Source of the DNA: Podarcis cretensis | Lineage: Eukaryota | DNA: 64,000 bases | Reading direction: 5' to 3' | NCBI GenBank assembly: GCA_951804945.1 | Contig: OX638157.1 | Location: forward strand, 51,646,001 to 51,710,000 | In this document: positions 1 through 11,266 of the stretch, one piece after another | How the letters are laid out: each line of letters opens with the position of its first letter | Numbering within the stretch: the stretch's first letter is position 1 | The notes under the pieces: model-generated | What the model saw: the letters and a program-made list of their open reading frames with translations, nothing else | What the model was told of the DNA's origin: nothing | The model's database searches: none | Made by a program: the position numbers and the translations under genes

Positions 1-138
1 TCATGCTGGCCTCATGACCCAGAAGCTATCTGCAGACAAACCCCGGCTCCCTTGGCCTAAAGAGTGAGATGAGTGCCGCAACCCCAGAGTCATTCGCGAC
101 TGGACCTAACGGTCAGGGGTACCTTTACCTTTACCTTT
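1..138 (+). mobile_element. Sauria SINE (Squam1) 3' part, cut by window edge
   Basis: TCATGCTGGCC..GAGATGAGTGCCGCAACCCCAGAGTC..GACTGGACCTAACGGTCAGGGGT followed by an (ACCTTT)n tail, matching the recalled lacertid Sauria SINE 3' end. Confidence 0.9.
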
Positions 139-678
139 TTATATGTATGTGGATCTAGATTATGGGTGGAATTTCTGGGACCATGCTTATTTCAGATATG
201 ATCAGTATTTCTGGATAGAATTGTCAGATTTGTAGAAACGAGAAACATATTTCCATGCACTACAGCAATCATTGTGGTAATAATAGGCAATACTTGAGGA
301 TTAAATAATGGCAATCTTTTACAGCCAGTTGTGCCAGTGTACAGTACTGATATATGTCATGCAGTACCATCCCTTAGAAGTAAGTTCCACGGTGTTCAGT
401 CTGTAATCCTGTACTCACTAACGAGAGAAAACCTCACTGAAATCAATGGAAGTTACTTCTGATTAATATTTATTCCACCTGTGTATATTTACTTGGAAGA
501 AAGTTGCATAAAACTTAATGGGACTTCTTTATTAGGCTTTATAGTTGTCAAGGTGAGCAACTTATTTGAGAGAAATTGAAGTCAATACAAACAATATGTT
601 TAGAACTGAACTCAAAGGCATGTATTTTGATTGATAAAATTGCAGTTGGTTCATGATTCCATATCATGAATAATAGAA

Positions 679-772
679 GGGAGGAAGGGAAAGGAGAATG
701 TTAGCTGCTTTGAGACTCCTTCGGGTAGTGATAAAGCGGGATATCAAATCCAAACCCTTGTTCTTCTTCTTC
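679..772 (+). mobile_element. Squam3-type SINE 3' end (5'-truncated)
   Basis: GGAGGAAGGGAAAGGAGAATGTTAGCTGCTTTGAGACTCCTTCGGGTAGTGATAAAGCGGGATATCAAATCCAAAC followed by a (CTT)n tail. Confidence 0.75.
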
Positions 773-1309
773 AAGTTTGCAGACATCTTTGTAATGCAGA
801 GTTGGTCTTCCAACAGGCCTAGCACCTGAAGCCAGCTCCTTGTCGAGCATGTCCTTGGGGATTCTGCCATGTTCCATGCCTCAAAGCAACCCCATACTTT
901 CTACTGCATTTTCTCATCACTTTCTCATCCCTTACTGCAAACAGTCCAATCTTTGGAGAAAGTGTTTTTGTTGTGCAAGAGATCCAAATCAGCTTTAATT
1001 GAGCACCCTGAATTTGCCAGTATGTATTTGAATCCCATCTGAAAGTAGTGATATTCTGTAAGTGTGTATACCTACATCTGATTATACTGATGGTACCAGT
1101 AGTGTTTGAAATAGAATAATGATTCCCACATAGACAAAAGCGCCTAAGCTGATATGCATGTGGAATTTGAGTATTGCTGATTTATGAATGCCCTTATCCA
1201 AATATTTTAGGGTGGGGCAGTTGCTGGTGCAGATTAAGAATGCATATTGTAAGACAGAGGTTTTCAGCCTTTTTTGAGTTCACAGCTCTCTTGACCAACT
1301 ACCTTCTTT

Positions 1310-1815
1310 CTGTGGCATCCCCTGCAGGGCTCAGGAACCCAGTTATGTTACCCCTTAACCTGCAGAGCTGGCAGCCTCTCACCCTTTTTCAAACACCCTC
1401 CCTTGTGGAGTGTTCCCTCAGCCTCCTCTCCCCTCTCCTTGAGAGTCCTCTGTGCAACCACTGCTGCCGCCTGTGGTCTCTGAGCTGACCCCCCCTCCCC
1501 AAATAAAGGTGCCTGGAACCTGTCTGTCCATTCCCAATAGCAAGGACTGGCTGGTGGGGCTCCCTCACCTGCTTGCTTGCTTGCTTGCTCCAAGGCCGCC
1601 GCAACTCAACAACCAGCATCCCCCTGCCCCAGAGGCACCATTCGCTTGCAGTGCTTGTAGCCAGGGCTGCTTCAACAAACAGCTGTGCAAGCCTTTGGGA
1701 GGCAGAGATGTGAGACAGCATCAGAGGAGGGAGGGAAGGAAAGAGGGACAGTGGCACCCCTGGCCATCATTCAAGGCACCCCAGGGTGCCATGGCACGCT
1801 GGTTGCAAACCACTG
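1310..1815. mobile_element. Degenerate GC-rich non-autonomous DNA transposon (hAT-like)
   Basis: Ends in GGCACCCCAGGGTGCCATGGCACGCTGGTTGCAAACCACTG, a hAT-MITE-like terminus. GC-rich interior explains the overlapping spurious ORFs. Left boundary is approximate. Confidence 0.45.
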
Positions 1816-3314
1816 TCCTAACAGATTAGGAAAAGCCTGTACTTTTGCAGGTTCCTTATAATCTCTGCCTTCCCTGGTGCATCTCTCTCATACCCTTTTA
1901 GACAAACATACACTTCACATAGTGGTTAATGTTTATACAAGTGCCTCTCTTGACTGCAGCTGAAGTTACTTCAGTCTGGTTAAGATGAGAAACCTGTTTA
2001 TTCATGTTAAAGGTTGTTAATCCTGGTTAAGCAAATACCTTGGATAGCTTCAACTCTGGTCAAGGCCTTTCCTGATATATCTTAACAGCAGGGTTAAGAA
2101 TTCCATGGGGTGGAATTTGTTATAGGAGGGGAGGATCTAAGTATTGTCTTGCTACCAGCTTCTGATGGCATGATGGTTAGCAGAAAACCAGCATTATCAG
2201 GGCTGGTTCCAGGTTTGAAAGGACCCGCAGCAAAGTGCCACCACCATAAGTTTCTCTCCCCCCCGCCCAAAGTTATCCCTGATGGAAGCTGCTGTCTTTT
2301 GTGCTACTGGATGGGCAACTGATCAGTAGCCTGTGGAGAGGCAGTAATTATTCCTCCTAGCTGTTCTTGCTTGGTTTATAAGCAGGTAGTTGATCAGTGC
2401 AGCTAGGAGAATTTGCTACTACTGCTTCCTCTTCTTTGCCCAGGCAGCTGTCATAGCTTCAACCCCCAGGAGACTGTAGAGGGAAGAAAATTGAGGTGGG
2501 TGCAGAAGCTTCAGCAACCATACAGTGATGCCAGCCCTTGAGCATTAAATTTATACTACTCTCTTAAGTTGGGACTAGCTGCTACTAGATATGGGCATAA
2601 GAACTTGCTTTCTTTACAACTATTTATGCTTCTTAGTTAACTTGAATCTTGCTTCATTGCTGTCCATATTTCTGTTGGAAATTATGTGAAACTTATTTTT
2701 AAAGTGGCCTTAGCAAATGTGTTAGGTAGAGAGAGGAGTTTCCACATTACAATGGAGACGTTAGAAAGAGAAGCATTTCATCTGACACATGGACACCACA
2801 GGTATTAGTAATAAGAGTGTGACATGCAGAAGGAGCACTGCTGAAATGTAAGAGCACCAGTGTCTTGTAGATTCCATTGTTCTTGTTTAAAATAAAAGGC
2901 TAAGAGTAAGGAAGGATTTCTTCTACATTCCCATATTAATCCTTGTCTTCAAATATCTACTCCTGGCATTCTTCCCAATCAACAAAGATTAATATTGGTC
3001 TTAGTCTCTACTCCAGATTCCTCCAGTGCATGAAATGCTTTACAAAACGCCATCCAACTGGAAACTAAGCCAGTTCAGCTACTTAGCTTCTGACAGTCAG
3101 GAACAAATAGGGTGACGCAATCCAGGGGAACCTGAATTGCTTAAAATCACCCCCAGATGAAGGTACCAATAAAATAATTTATTTTTAATGGGGATGCTTT
3201 TTGTCCAGAATGTGATAAAGGGAATTTTAAAAAAGTAAAATTTGTATTTTTCAAATTATTTCATGTTCAGCATAAAAAAAGGCAATTTATTAGATAGGCA
3301 ATTCCTACTCCACA

Positions 3315-3700
3315 CAGCTCCCACTATCTGCCCTCTCATTATGGGAAAATTCACTTATCCAAATACAAATAATTATGCCCAAAGTTCACTATATGCATGG
3401 CTGATTCCGCTATCTGAACAGCCAGAGTTTTCCCTGACTTTTTTTGTTTTGCTGGTTGGCGACAGCCATTTTCTGGTAGACCATGGAGAGAAGGAAGGGG
3501 AAGAGAGATTGAATATAAGGGAGCAGGGCAGTTTTTCCTTTGTCTCTCTTTTGCTGGTTGGCTGCAGCCATTTTTGGAAGCAATTGGGGTGGGGGGTTAG
3601 GGCATATAAATGTCCCCATAGGATATAATGGAAATTGTGAGCTCATTATGCAAACGCTCACCTATCATAACAATTTAATGGAAATACATTGTGTTCAGAA
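3315..3700. repeat. Dispersed repeat, copy A (homologous to 33111-33520)
   Basis: Shared collinear blocks: TTCA(C/G)TTATCC, AATTAT(G/A)CCCAAA, GCTGATTC, CAGTTTTTCCTT, CTGGTTGGCTGCAGC, CCCATAGGA(T/A)ATAATGGAAAT, AGCTCATTATGCAAA. Confidence 0.7.
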
Positions 3701-3777
3701 AATGAGACCTGTTTGTGTTTGTTCTATAGCACAGGGTAGGAATTGAACTTGCCAGGTGTGAAAATCTAATGATCACT

Positions 3778-4430
3778 TTTGCTGTTGTTTAGTCATGTCC
3801 GACTCTTTGTGACCTCATGGACCAGAGTATTCCAGGCACTCCTGTCTTCCACTGCCTCCCACAGTTTGGTCAGACTCATGCTGGTAGCTTCAAGAACACT
3901 GTCCAACCATCTCATCCTCTGTCGTCCCCTTCTCCTTGTGCCCTCAATCTTTCCCAACATCAGGGTCTTTTCCAGAGAGTCTTCTCTTCTCATGAGGTGG
4001 CCAAAGTATTGGAGCCTCAGCTTCATGATTTGTCCTTCCAGTGAGCACTCAGGGCTGATTTCCTTAAGAATGGAGAGGTTTGATCTTCTTGCAGTCCATG
4101 GGACTCTCAAGAGTCTCCTCCAGCACCATAATTCAAAAGCATCAATTCTTCGGCGGCCAGCCTTCTTTATGGTCCAGCTCTCACTTCCATACATCACTAC
4201 TGGGAAAACCATAGCTTTAACTATACGGACCTTTGTTGGCAAGGTGATGTCTGTGCTTTTTAAGATGCTTTCTAGGTTTGTCATTGCTTTTCTCCCAAGA
4301 AGCAGGCATCTTTTAATTTCGTGACTGCTGTCACCTTCTGCAGTGATCACGGAACCCAAGAAAGTAAAATCGCTCACTGCCTCCATTTCTTCCCCTTCTA
4401 TTTGCCAGGAGGTGATGGGACCAGTGGCCT
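3778..4430 (-). mobile_element. BovB (RTE-clade LINE), 5'-truncated, C-terminal ORF portion
   Basis: Translation GPITSWQIEGEEMEAV..FLGS..EIKRCLLLGRKAMTNL..TKVRIVKAMVFPVVMYGSESWTIKKA..RIDAFELWCWRRLLRVPWTARRSN..KLRLQYFGHLMRR..SLEKTLMLGKIEG.RRRGRQRMRWLD is canonical BovB. It has a (CAA)-like tail and an 8-bp TSD TGATCACT at 3770-3777 and 4431-4438. Confidence 0.96.
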
Positions 4431-5084
4431 TGATCACTAGGAATTGGAATTTAGCATTTGAGGATTTTATCTTCTTCCCATTTCTCATTAGGTGAGAACC
4501 TAGGTTTTGTGGAAATTTTCATGCCACACGCTTTGGTAACTTTTAGAGGGGTGCAGTCTTGTTTGTGGTGGAGCAGGACATGCTTTGGCCTATTTCCAAT
4601 GACACACTGCATTGGCAGGACATTAAATTCCAGCACAGCGTGGCAAGACAGGCACCCCATTTCAATTCAGGAGGTCAAAATGTAGAAACTGTCACTTACT
4701 GTATTATGAAGTGTTCATCAAAATGTTCATCTGAATGTAAATACTGCCTATCTATACTGCATTGCTTTCAAGGGGATGCACATTCAGATATTTATCCCTA
4801 GGTTGTTTGGTGAGCCTTAGCATCCCATGCCATCCTACTAGCATCTGCCCACAAATACCTAAATTATAGACCCAGAACCAGAAAACTGCATGGAAGTCTC
4901 TTGATTGTCTAGCTTTGGGTAGTCAACAGGAAGAAGATTGTTTTAAAAAGAAGTGGTGCTGAAGCAACTGCCATAATGACCAGCAAAGATGTGTGGTAGA
5001 TGTAAAGAGGCCTGCAATTCCTTTTCATACAAAAGGAATGACCAAAAAAATGGTCCAATGACCAAAATAAAGTCATAAAATTTA

Positions 5085-5395
5085 TACACCACTTAATTGT
5101 AAAAAAAAACTACAAAAGATAAAACAATAAAACTAGCCAAGAAAAATCTACAACCCTACTTTAAAACTCAAAATTCTAAAACATATTAAAACAGGAATGT
5201 TTTTAGCAGGTGAAGGCTACTGCTTGATCTCAAGAGGCAGGGAGTTCCAAAGTGTCAGTGTGCTGCCACACTAAATGATCAAGTTATTACAAATGTGGAA
5301 CAGGGATTGTGTGGCAACTGTAGTTGTGTAAGTTCCACTGATCAAAGCGGTCAAGGGGGCGGGCACATGTAGGGTAAAGCAATCTCATAGGTAAA
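5085..5395 (-). mobile_element. Degenerate L2 LINE 3' fragment
   Basis: A-rich tail region followed by GGCAGGGAGTTCCAAAG, the reverse complement of the LWNSLP motif of L2 ORF2. Confidence 0.5.
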
Positions 5396-6141
5396 ATCAA
5401 ACTACATATTGTCATTACTACTGGGGGAAGCAAAATACCCATAGGATTATAATTTTGTGGGTGAGAGAAGATTAACATTTATTGTCTTACAAAATCTTTT
5501 ACTGTTTTAGCCAGTGAAAGTAAATGAACTCATTTAAAAACTGAGGGCTTATTGATGACTTAGTGTATTACAAGATAAATGTGCCATTCTTAGTTGTTTT
5601 GAGGGAGCCTTTTTTCCCCCTCTAGAAGTAATATACTCTGGGACAATTGTGTTTTGACCTGACCATTCCAGTTGCTATGTTATTCACGAGGAGATTATAA
5701 GCTTATGTTTAAGTAGCTGCATAGAATGGTTGGGCTTGAAATGTGTCTTTATTTTTCAATTCACTATTTTGCATTCCACTTCCTCTCCTAAACCTTATTC
5801 TTAACAAACTCACAGATTCTGGAGATGGGGGCTGATGCATATTTATGACTGTTCACAAGAGATAGTACTTGCCCTGCTGTGCCCAGATCTCTTTGGCCCA
5901 TGCTGTGCCTTTGGGTCCAGAGAGAATTTGAAGAAAGAAAGCTGTCCTGCTTCCCAGAGAGGAAATGATGCAGAGTCTCATCCCCAAAGCTAGTATTAAT
6001 CCCTAAAACCTTGAGAATTTGCTCCTATCTCAAGATCAGAGGTGAAGGGGGTACTAGTGTCAGTATGCATAATCACATGAGATGACCTCTGTTCCCAAGA
6101 AGTGATCTCTCAGACTGTCCTCTGCAGCTATAATCCTAAAT

Positions 6142-6281
6142 TGAGGGTAGACAGTGTGGTGCCTTCCAAATCTTGTTTGGCTACAACTCACACCAGACCC
6201 AGCCAGCATGGGCAATAGTCAGGGATGGTGGGAACTGTAGTCCAGCAACATCTAGAGGGCACCAAATTAGCTGAACACACT
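6142..6281. mobile_element. Palindromic hAT-type MITE, nested in a short palindromic repeat
   Basis: CTACAACTCACACCAGACCCAGCCAGCAT..CAGGGATGGTGGGAACTGTAGTCCAGCAACATCTAGAGGGCACC; same family as 27198, 37911, 39883 and 50513. Confidence 0.7.
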
Positions 6282-6510
6282 GCTTGGTAAGTAAGCCCCA
6301 TTGAGCACTGTTCTGAGTAAGCTGGGAAATGATTGCACTATTATGTGTATAATTTTTCCCTTTTTTTCCCTTGTTCCTTTTTTAAATACAGCCAAGCTTT
6401 ATAAAATGTGTAAAAAGAAGTAGAGAAAATCCCAGTGATCTGTAAGCTGCCCATAGAATTTTTGTTCTTTGTTTGGATCATCTGGCATTTCTATAAACAT
6501 TATGGTTTAG

Positions 6511-7048
6511 TGTTGTGGTTCAAGGGGGAAATAATGGTGGGGAGGAAGGAGGAATTAAAGACAAGGAGAAAGGTAAAAGTAATGGGGTAAAGCAAAGGTA
6601 AAGAGTAACGCAAAAGTAATGAAGGAGGATTTGAGGGCAAGACTTCCCTTTCTCAGAAGTCTTCTTCAAAGTTAGCTCCACGTGGCCGCTTCTCGCTGCA
6701 GGAACATGGAAGAGAGGATCCTCCTGACTCGCACAGGACGAAGAAGAGAAATGAGATCAGGGAGAGGCTGGCGCTGCAGCATAAAGGCTGCTGGACACGC
6801 CCCCCCCATGGCACCTGATTGGACGGCCACCGGGGGGGGCGTGAGCGCCAGCCAGGTGAGCTGGGGGCAGGGGGCAACGCCCCCTGCTAGGAGCGGTGTT
6901 CGGGCTCCCGCCCGCAACCACTCCCCTCTCTTTCAGGGAGGAGAGTCTTTGTATAAGACATTGGTGATCTCCACTCTTCTTTCTTCTCTTCTCTACTCGT
7001 GTGGCCACAAGAAGATCAGGAGCTTTCACTTGAATTTTAAGCCAGGCA
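6511..7048 (-). mobile_element. CpG-rich LTR-like element (probable solo LTR) with promoter motifs on the minus strand
   Basis: TG..CA ends (TGTTGTGG at 6511, CCAGGCA at 7048) with near-duplicated flanks TTTAG/GTTAG. The minus strand reads GC box, CCAATCAG, GC box, then TATA-like CCTTTATG. CpG density is much higher than the flanks. Confidence 0.5.
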
Positions 7049-7162
7049 GTTAGTGCTATATATGAACAAGGACAAACTTTGATTGTCTTAGCTATGGTCT
7101 ACTGAGACAAGTCAACTTCATTTATGAAGGTTCTTTCTTTAGAGGGGGGGAACCCTTAGTTT

Positions 7163-7344
7163 GGAGAATAGCTGTAGATCAGTGATAGAGCTCATGCCTT
7201 CAGTGCAAAAGGTTCAGTTCCCAACATATTTAGGCAGGGCTGGGAAAGATGCTAACACCTTTCAGAGCAGCTGCTGTCAACATCAATAATACTGGCCTGG
7301 ATGGACCAGGGGTTTAACTTGGTATAAGGCAGCTTCCTGTGTTC
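7163..7344 (+). mobile_element. Squam2-type tRNA-derived SINE
   Basis: A-box-like GCTGTAGATCAGTGATAGAGC, then ..GGATGGACCAGGGG..GTATAAGGCAGCTTCCTGTGTTC tail. Confidence 0.75.
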
Positions 7345-7349
7345 ATCAT

Positions 7350-7755
7350 TACTGCTATTATATTTCTATTCCGCACTTCAGCTTAAAAGTTCCCAAGGCA
7401 GTGCCTAACAATATATTAAATTCACAAATCTGCACAGTAACCATAAAACTTACAACATCAAACAAATCCTAAAACAGAACAACAAAACATCAATAAATTC
7501 AGTCAATCCAGCGGAAATCTCTCCCGGGAGCTAAATCCATGAGCCAGGCAAAATAAATTTACCTTAATCTGATTGCTAAAAGCAGTGTTTGGGACAACTG
7601 GATCTTTCCAAAGAGCGAATTACACATGCAGGGTGCTACAACAGATAAGATCCTGCTCCACATTGTCACACCATGAGATAGGCCCTGCTCAGAGGGCATT
7701 CATATCACACAGATCTTCAGGCATGGGATAACAGGTAACAAGTTTAGGGTTGGGC
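7350..7755 (-). mobile_element. Degenerate L2 LINE 3' fragment
   Basis: Begins with TATTATATTTCTATTCCGCACTT..TTCCCAAGGCAG, the reverse complement of the L2 3' terminus, followed by degenerate L2 ORF2-like sequence. Confidence 0.5.
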
Positions 7756-10700
7756 TGTAAAGCTAAACTGCAATTAATTTTTAAAAAGTATTTATGTCTG
7801 AATTCTTATGCTGCACTAAAGGAGATGCAGCGTGGGAGGAGCAGACAAGCCTGAAGTTTATACACGTCGCTAAGTTCTAGCCAGGGTCTCTAATTATACA
7901 ACTCAAGCCTTTGAAACAAAAACCTGTACTTTTCAAAACATTGGGGGGATAATATCCGAATTAATAGGAACATTAGTTTACTGAATTTCCACCACCAGAT
8001 ATGTATTCTGGTAAAATAAGAGTGTTTGAAAAACAGAGTTCATAATGGAAATGACAGCTCCACCATAGTACTGTCAGAGCTGCTGGAACAACAGTATTTA
8101 AAACGCCATAAAATTAAAGACTTAGCACATTTACATTTTCTTGCTTCAGAACGATAATATGCCCATGAAATGCAGGCTTGCTTTTATAACTAAATTCTGT
8201 GCCATAAGTCTAGGCCATAGTGGAAATAAGAACTTCCACATCTACAGCAGTAATTTCTTTTAAAAACAGCATTTCATCTAAAGCCAGTCTTTCCCTCCCC
8301 CAGTCATCGCAGAGGTGTTCTGAAATCTTTATCGGTGGCAGATACAAACTTAAATTACTGTCTACTGGAGTATTGAAGTATTGAAGTAGGGCTGCTTTAT
8401 ATAGCTACACTTGTGTTTAATGTTTCACTTAATACATTGCAAGTGCTTATTCCTTAGCGATTCAGTTATTCTTAAAACATTTTGAAGGGTTTTTTTTAAC
8501 AGCCTGTGGCAGTAAATTAATTGTATATAACAATTACTGTGGTGAGCATTTAAGAACAGTCATCCCCACTTTTTCTGCCAAACCTTTTGGAAAAGAGAGT
8601 GTAACGGGGGGGGGGGGGACTATTCTACTATAAAGTCTATTCTACTATATTCTACCTTTTGAAAATGATTGCTAGCATTTTATACACATTTGCCTCATAT
8701 TAGTTTAGCACAATACTTTTGTACGATGAGAAGACTATTTTAAGCTTTTCATCAATTTACTTAGAAGGTTATCTTGGAATATTTTATCCAACTAAACCTT
8801 TTATTGTCAAAGCATTACTAAATCTACAGGATTATTTTGTAACACACGGCCTTAAAAGAGCCTTAAAAATTTACAGAAGAGTAAATGGTCACTTTTTGTA
8901 CTGTTACAACAAATAATAAAAATATGTTACTGCAATCAAGTAAGATAATAATTCTGAGAAATCATATACATTAGCTTACTTATCAATCTCACGTTGCAGC
9001 CATTACCTGGTTCTTACTCCATGAAAAACTTTAAACTCTTGTTTGTAGCTGCAATTTTTCACCCAAATTCAGCATGAAAGCTTTTTTGGTGTCTGCTGAA
9101 CCTTGTGGGGTGTGCCTTATGTAGATAGGAAACTATAGTCGGGATTAAGAGGGAACAGCAAGGCAAAAGATACACCACTGAAGGAGTTAGTGAGATGAGG
9201 AACAAGTCCCAGTCACCATCCTCCCACAGAAGGTGATCTGGAGAGGGGGCTGGTTCTTAAGGATGGACCTGGATACCATGTTTATCTGTATTTATAGCAG
9301 CAAGCAGTATACCTATGAAGGATCATACCGTTAGACTTAACAGACAGGTTTCGTTTAGAACCTGTAACTTCCTTGAGCAATAAGAAATCAGTTAAATTAA
9401 ATGAAAATCTTTTCAATCCACTTTACATTTTATCCTTTGAATGTTATGCATATTCATCAATTTAGTAAAATAATGCCATCTGTACAAGATCTAAAATAAG
9501 TGCAGATTTTACTGTTAAAACAGAATTGCACATTAAAATGTTTTCTTTAAAGAATTCTCCTACATATCTTTGAAATGTAAGCTTTCAGGAACCCCATCTT
9601 CCGTAACACACCACAGTTTGCTGGCAGGGGCATACTTTGTTAAGTGTTTTTTTCATATTATTGTATGGCAACACCAAGCTGTTCTTAAGTCTAATATAGC
9701 ACTTGTGCTTTCTTTTCTTCATCAAAGTGAAATACATGACTTAAGTTTGCCAGAGAATTTCAGGACCAACTCCAGGTTTTTGCGGGCCATGGGTTACAAA
9801 AATTTCAGAAGGCACCCATATGATGCTGTCCCTTACTCCTCTAACCACATCCTTCCTCATTAACCTTCCAACCACATCCATCTCCTCTTTAGCCTTTCCC
9901 TTCTGTTACTTCCCTATAAATACAAAAATTGTCCAACATGACAGTCCTGTTCTCAAAGAACAATTTACAGTTTTGAACTTCACAGCTTGCCTTTTACATA
10001 TTTTTTTTAAAGAAAACTTCAAAATACCAACAGCATGCAAGTATATCTACAGCAATCTAGTTTCAAAGTAGAATCCATGAAAAAAGGGTAAAACACACCA
10101 ACTGGCAAAATTTGCGTAGGATTGGGGTGAAGGAATAGATCAGAGCAGAATAGAGTATGCGGTCCTTTACTCTAAATTTAGTGGGTCATACTTCTGTGTA
10201 AACATGAAGAGAATCAGACTGCACATCTCTCCCTAAAAGTAACTAAGCCTGCAATTCTGTACCCACACACTTCAGAGTAAGGCCCACAGAAGACAGTGGG
10301 GTTTACTTCTGGGTGGACATAGAATTATAATTTTTCAGAATGCCCATTGTGGGGATGGAGCTAAAAAAAGTAAATTTTATATTAAGAATTGTAGCATATC
10401 AGACTGTGTTATATCTTGTATTTTTCTTATTAAACTATATAGATAGTTCAGTAATAGATAAACATAAGGAACCAATTTCATACATGTTGTCATCAGCAAG
10501 ATTATTATATGCCAGTAAATGGAGAGCATAAACTATACAAACAACAAAATAACAAACTGATAAATGTTGAAGTATTGCTTTAATCAATAGCAAAAATTGA
10601 GGGGGTGGAAGCAAGATAGTTATGGGGGTAAATGGAAGCTACTTATTGATTATTGAGGAGTAAATCCATTACTTCCACAGTCAAATTGAAGTTTTACATT

Positions 10701-10819
10701 ATCTTCAATTACAGTACTCTGTTAGGTCCTTTGTAATTATACATATATTTGATCAAACATCTTCAAATTTATGATCAAGTTTAAAACTTGTTGATTTTAG
10801 TAATGAGTATACATATATA

Positions 10820-10822
<3 letters not shown>

Positions 10823-10856
<34 letters not shown>
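10823..10856. repeat. (GT)17 microsatellite
   Basis: Perfect dinucleotide run. Confidence 0.98.
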
Positions 10857-10858
<2 letters not shown>

Positions 10859-11081
10859 CACACACTTTTGTACATAAATGTTTTATTTGTTTGTGTGTAT
10901 GTATCAGCCCCCTTCTTGTTCTATTTGAAAAGCTCTCTGCAGATCTTAAAATTTGTTAAACAGTAGATTTTCCTTCAGCTGGTGACACTGTTATTCTTCC
11001 TCTCTTTTTATTCTCATCACCTCATACTAGATGTGCAATGTTGATCTCTTTTCTTGCCTCAGCCACGTCATACAAATTTGT

Positions 11082-11266
11082 GAAGTTGCCTTGTACAGAA
11101 TCAGACAGTTGGCCCCTCTTGCACAGTACTCTTTGCTGCACATTACAGCAACTCTCCAACGTGCCAGATATTTTTCTCCCAAGCACTGTACCTGAGAGAA
11201 TAGTCATTCAATCTGGAACCTTAGGAATGCAAAGCATGTTTCAGCTTGTGAGCTATTGCCCTTCCC
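11082..11266 (-). mobile_element. Squam2-type SINE
   Basis: Reverse complement reads GGGAAGGGCAATAGCTCACAAGCTGAAACATGCTTTGCATTCCTAAGGTTCCAG..TCTGATTCTGTACAAGGCAACTTC. Confidence 0.7.

Noticed and set aside
1174-1829. Cluster of overlapping 80-125 aa ORFs
   Set aside because: GC-rich transposon relic with no recognisable domain or splice structure.
3779-4324. 181-aa + strand ORF
   Set aside because: Antisense shadow frame of the BovB fragment, not an independent gene.
6653-7053. CpG-rich stretch as a host-gene CpG-island promoter or coding exon
   Set aside because: Short and sharply bounded, with LTR-like organisation; the ORFs on both strands are low-complexity products of high GC content.
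7163-7235. tRNA gene-like A/B box sequence (also at 20108, 11200-11266 and 44760-44835)
   Set aside because: tRNA-derived SINE heads followed by SINE bodies; they cannot fold as complete cloverleaves.
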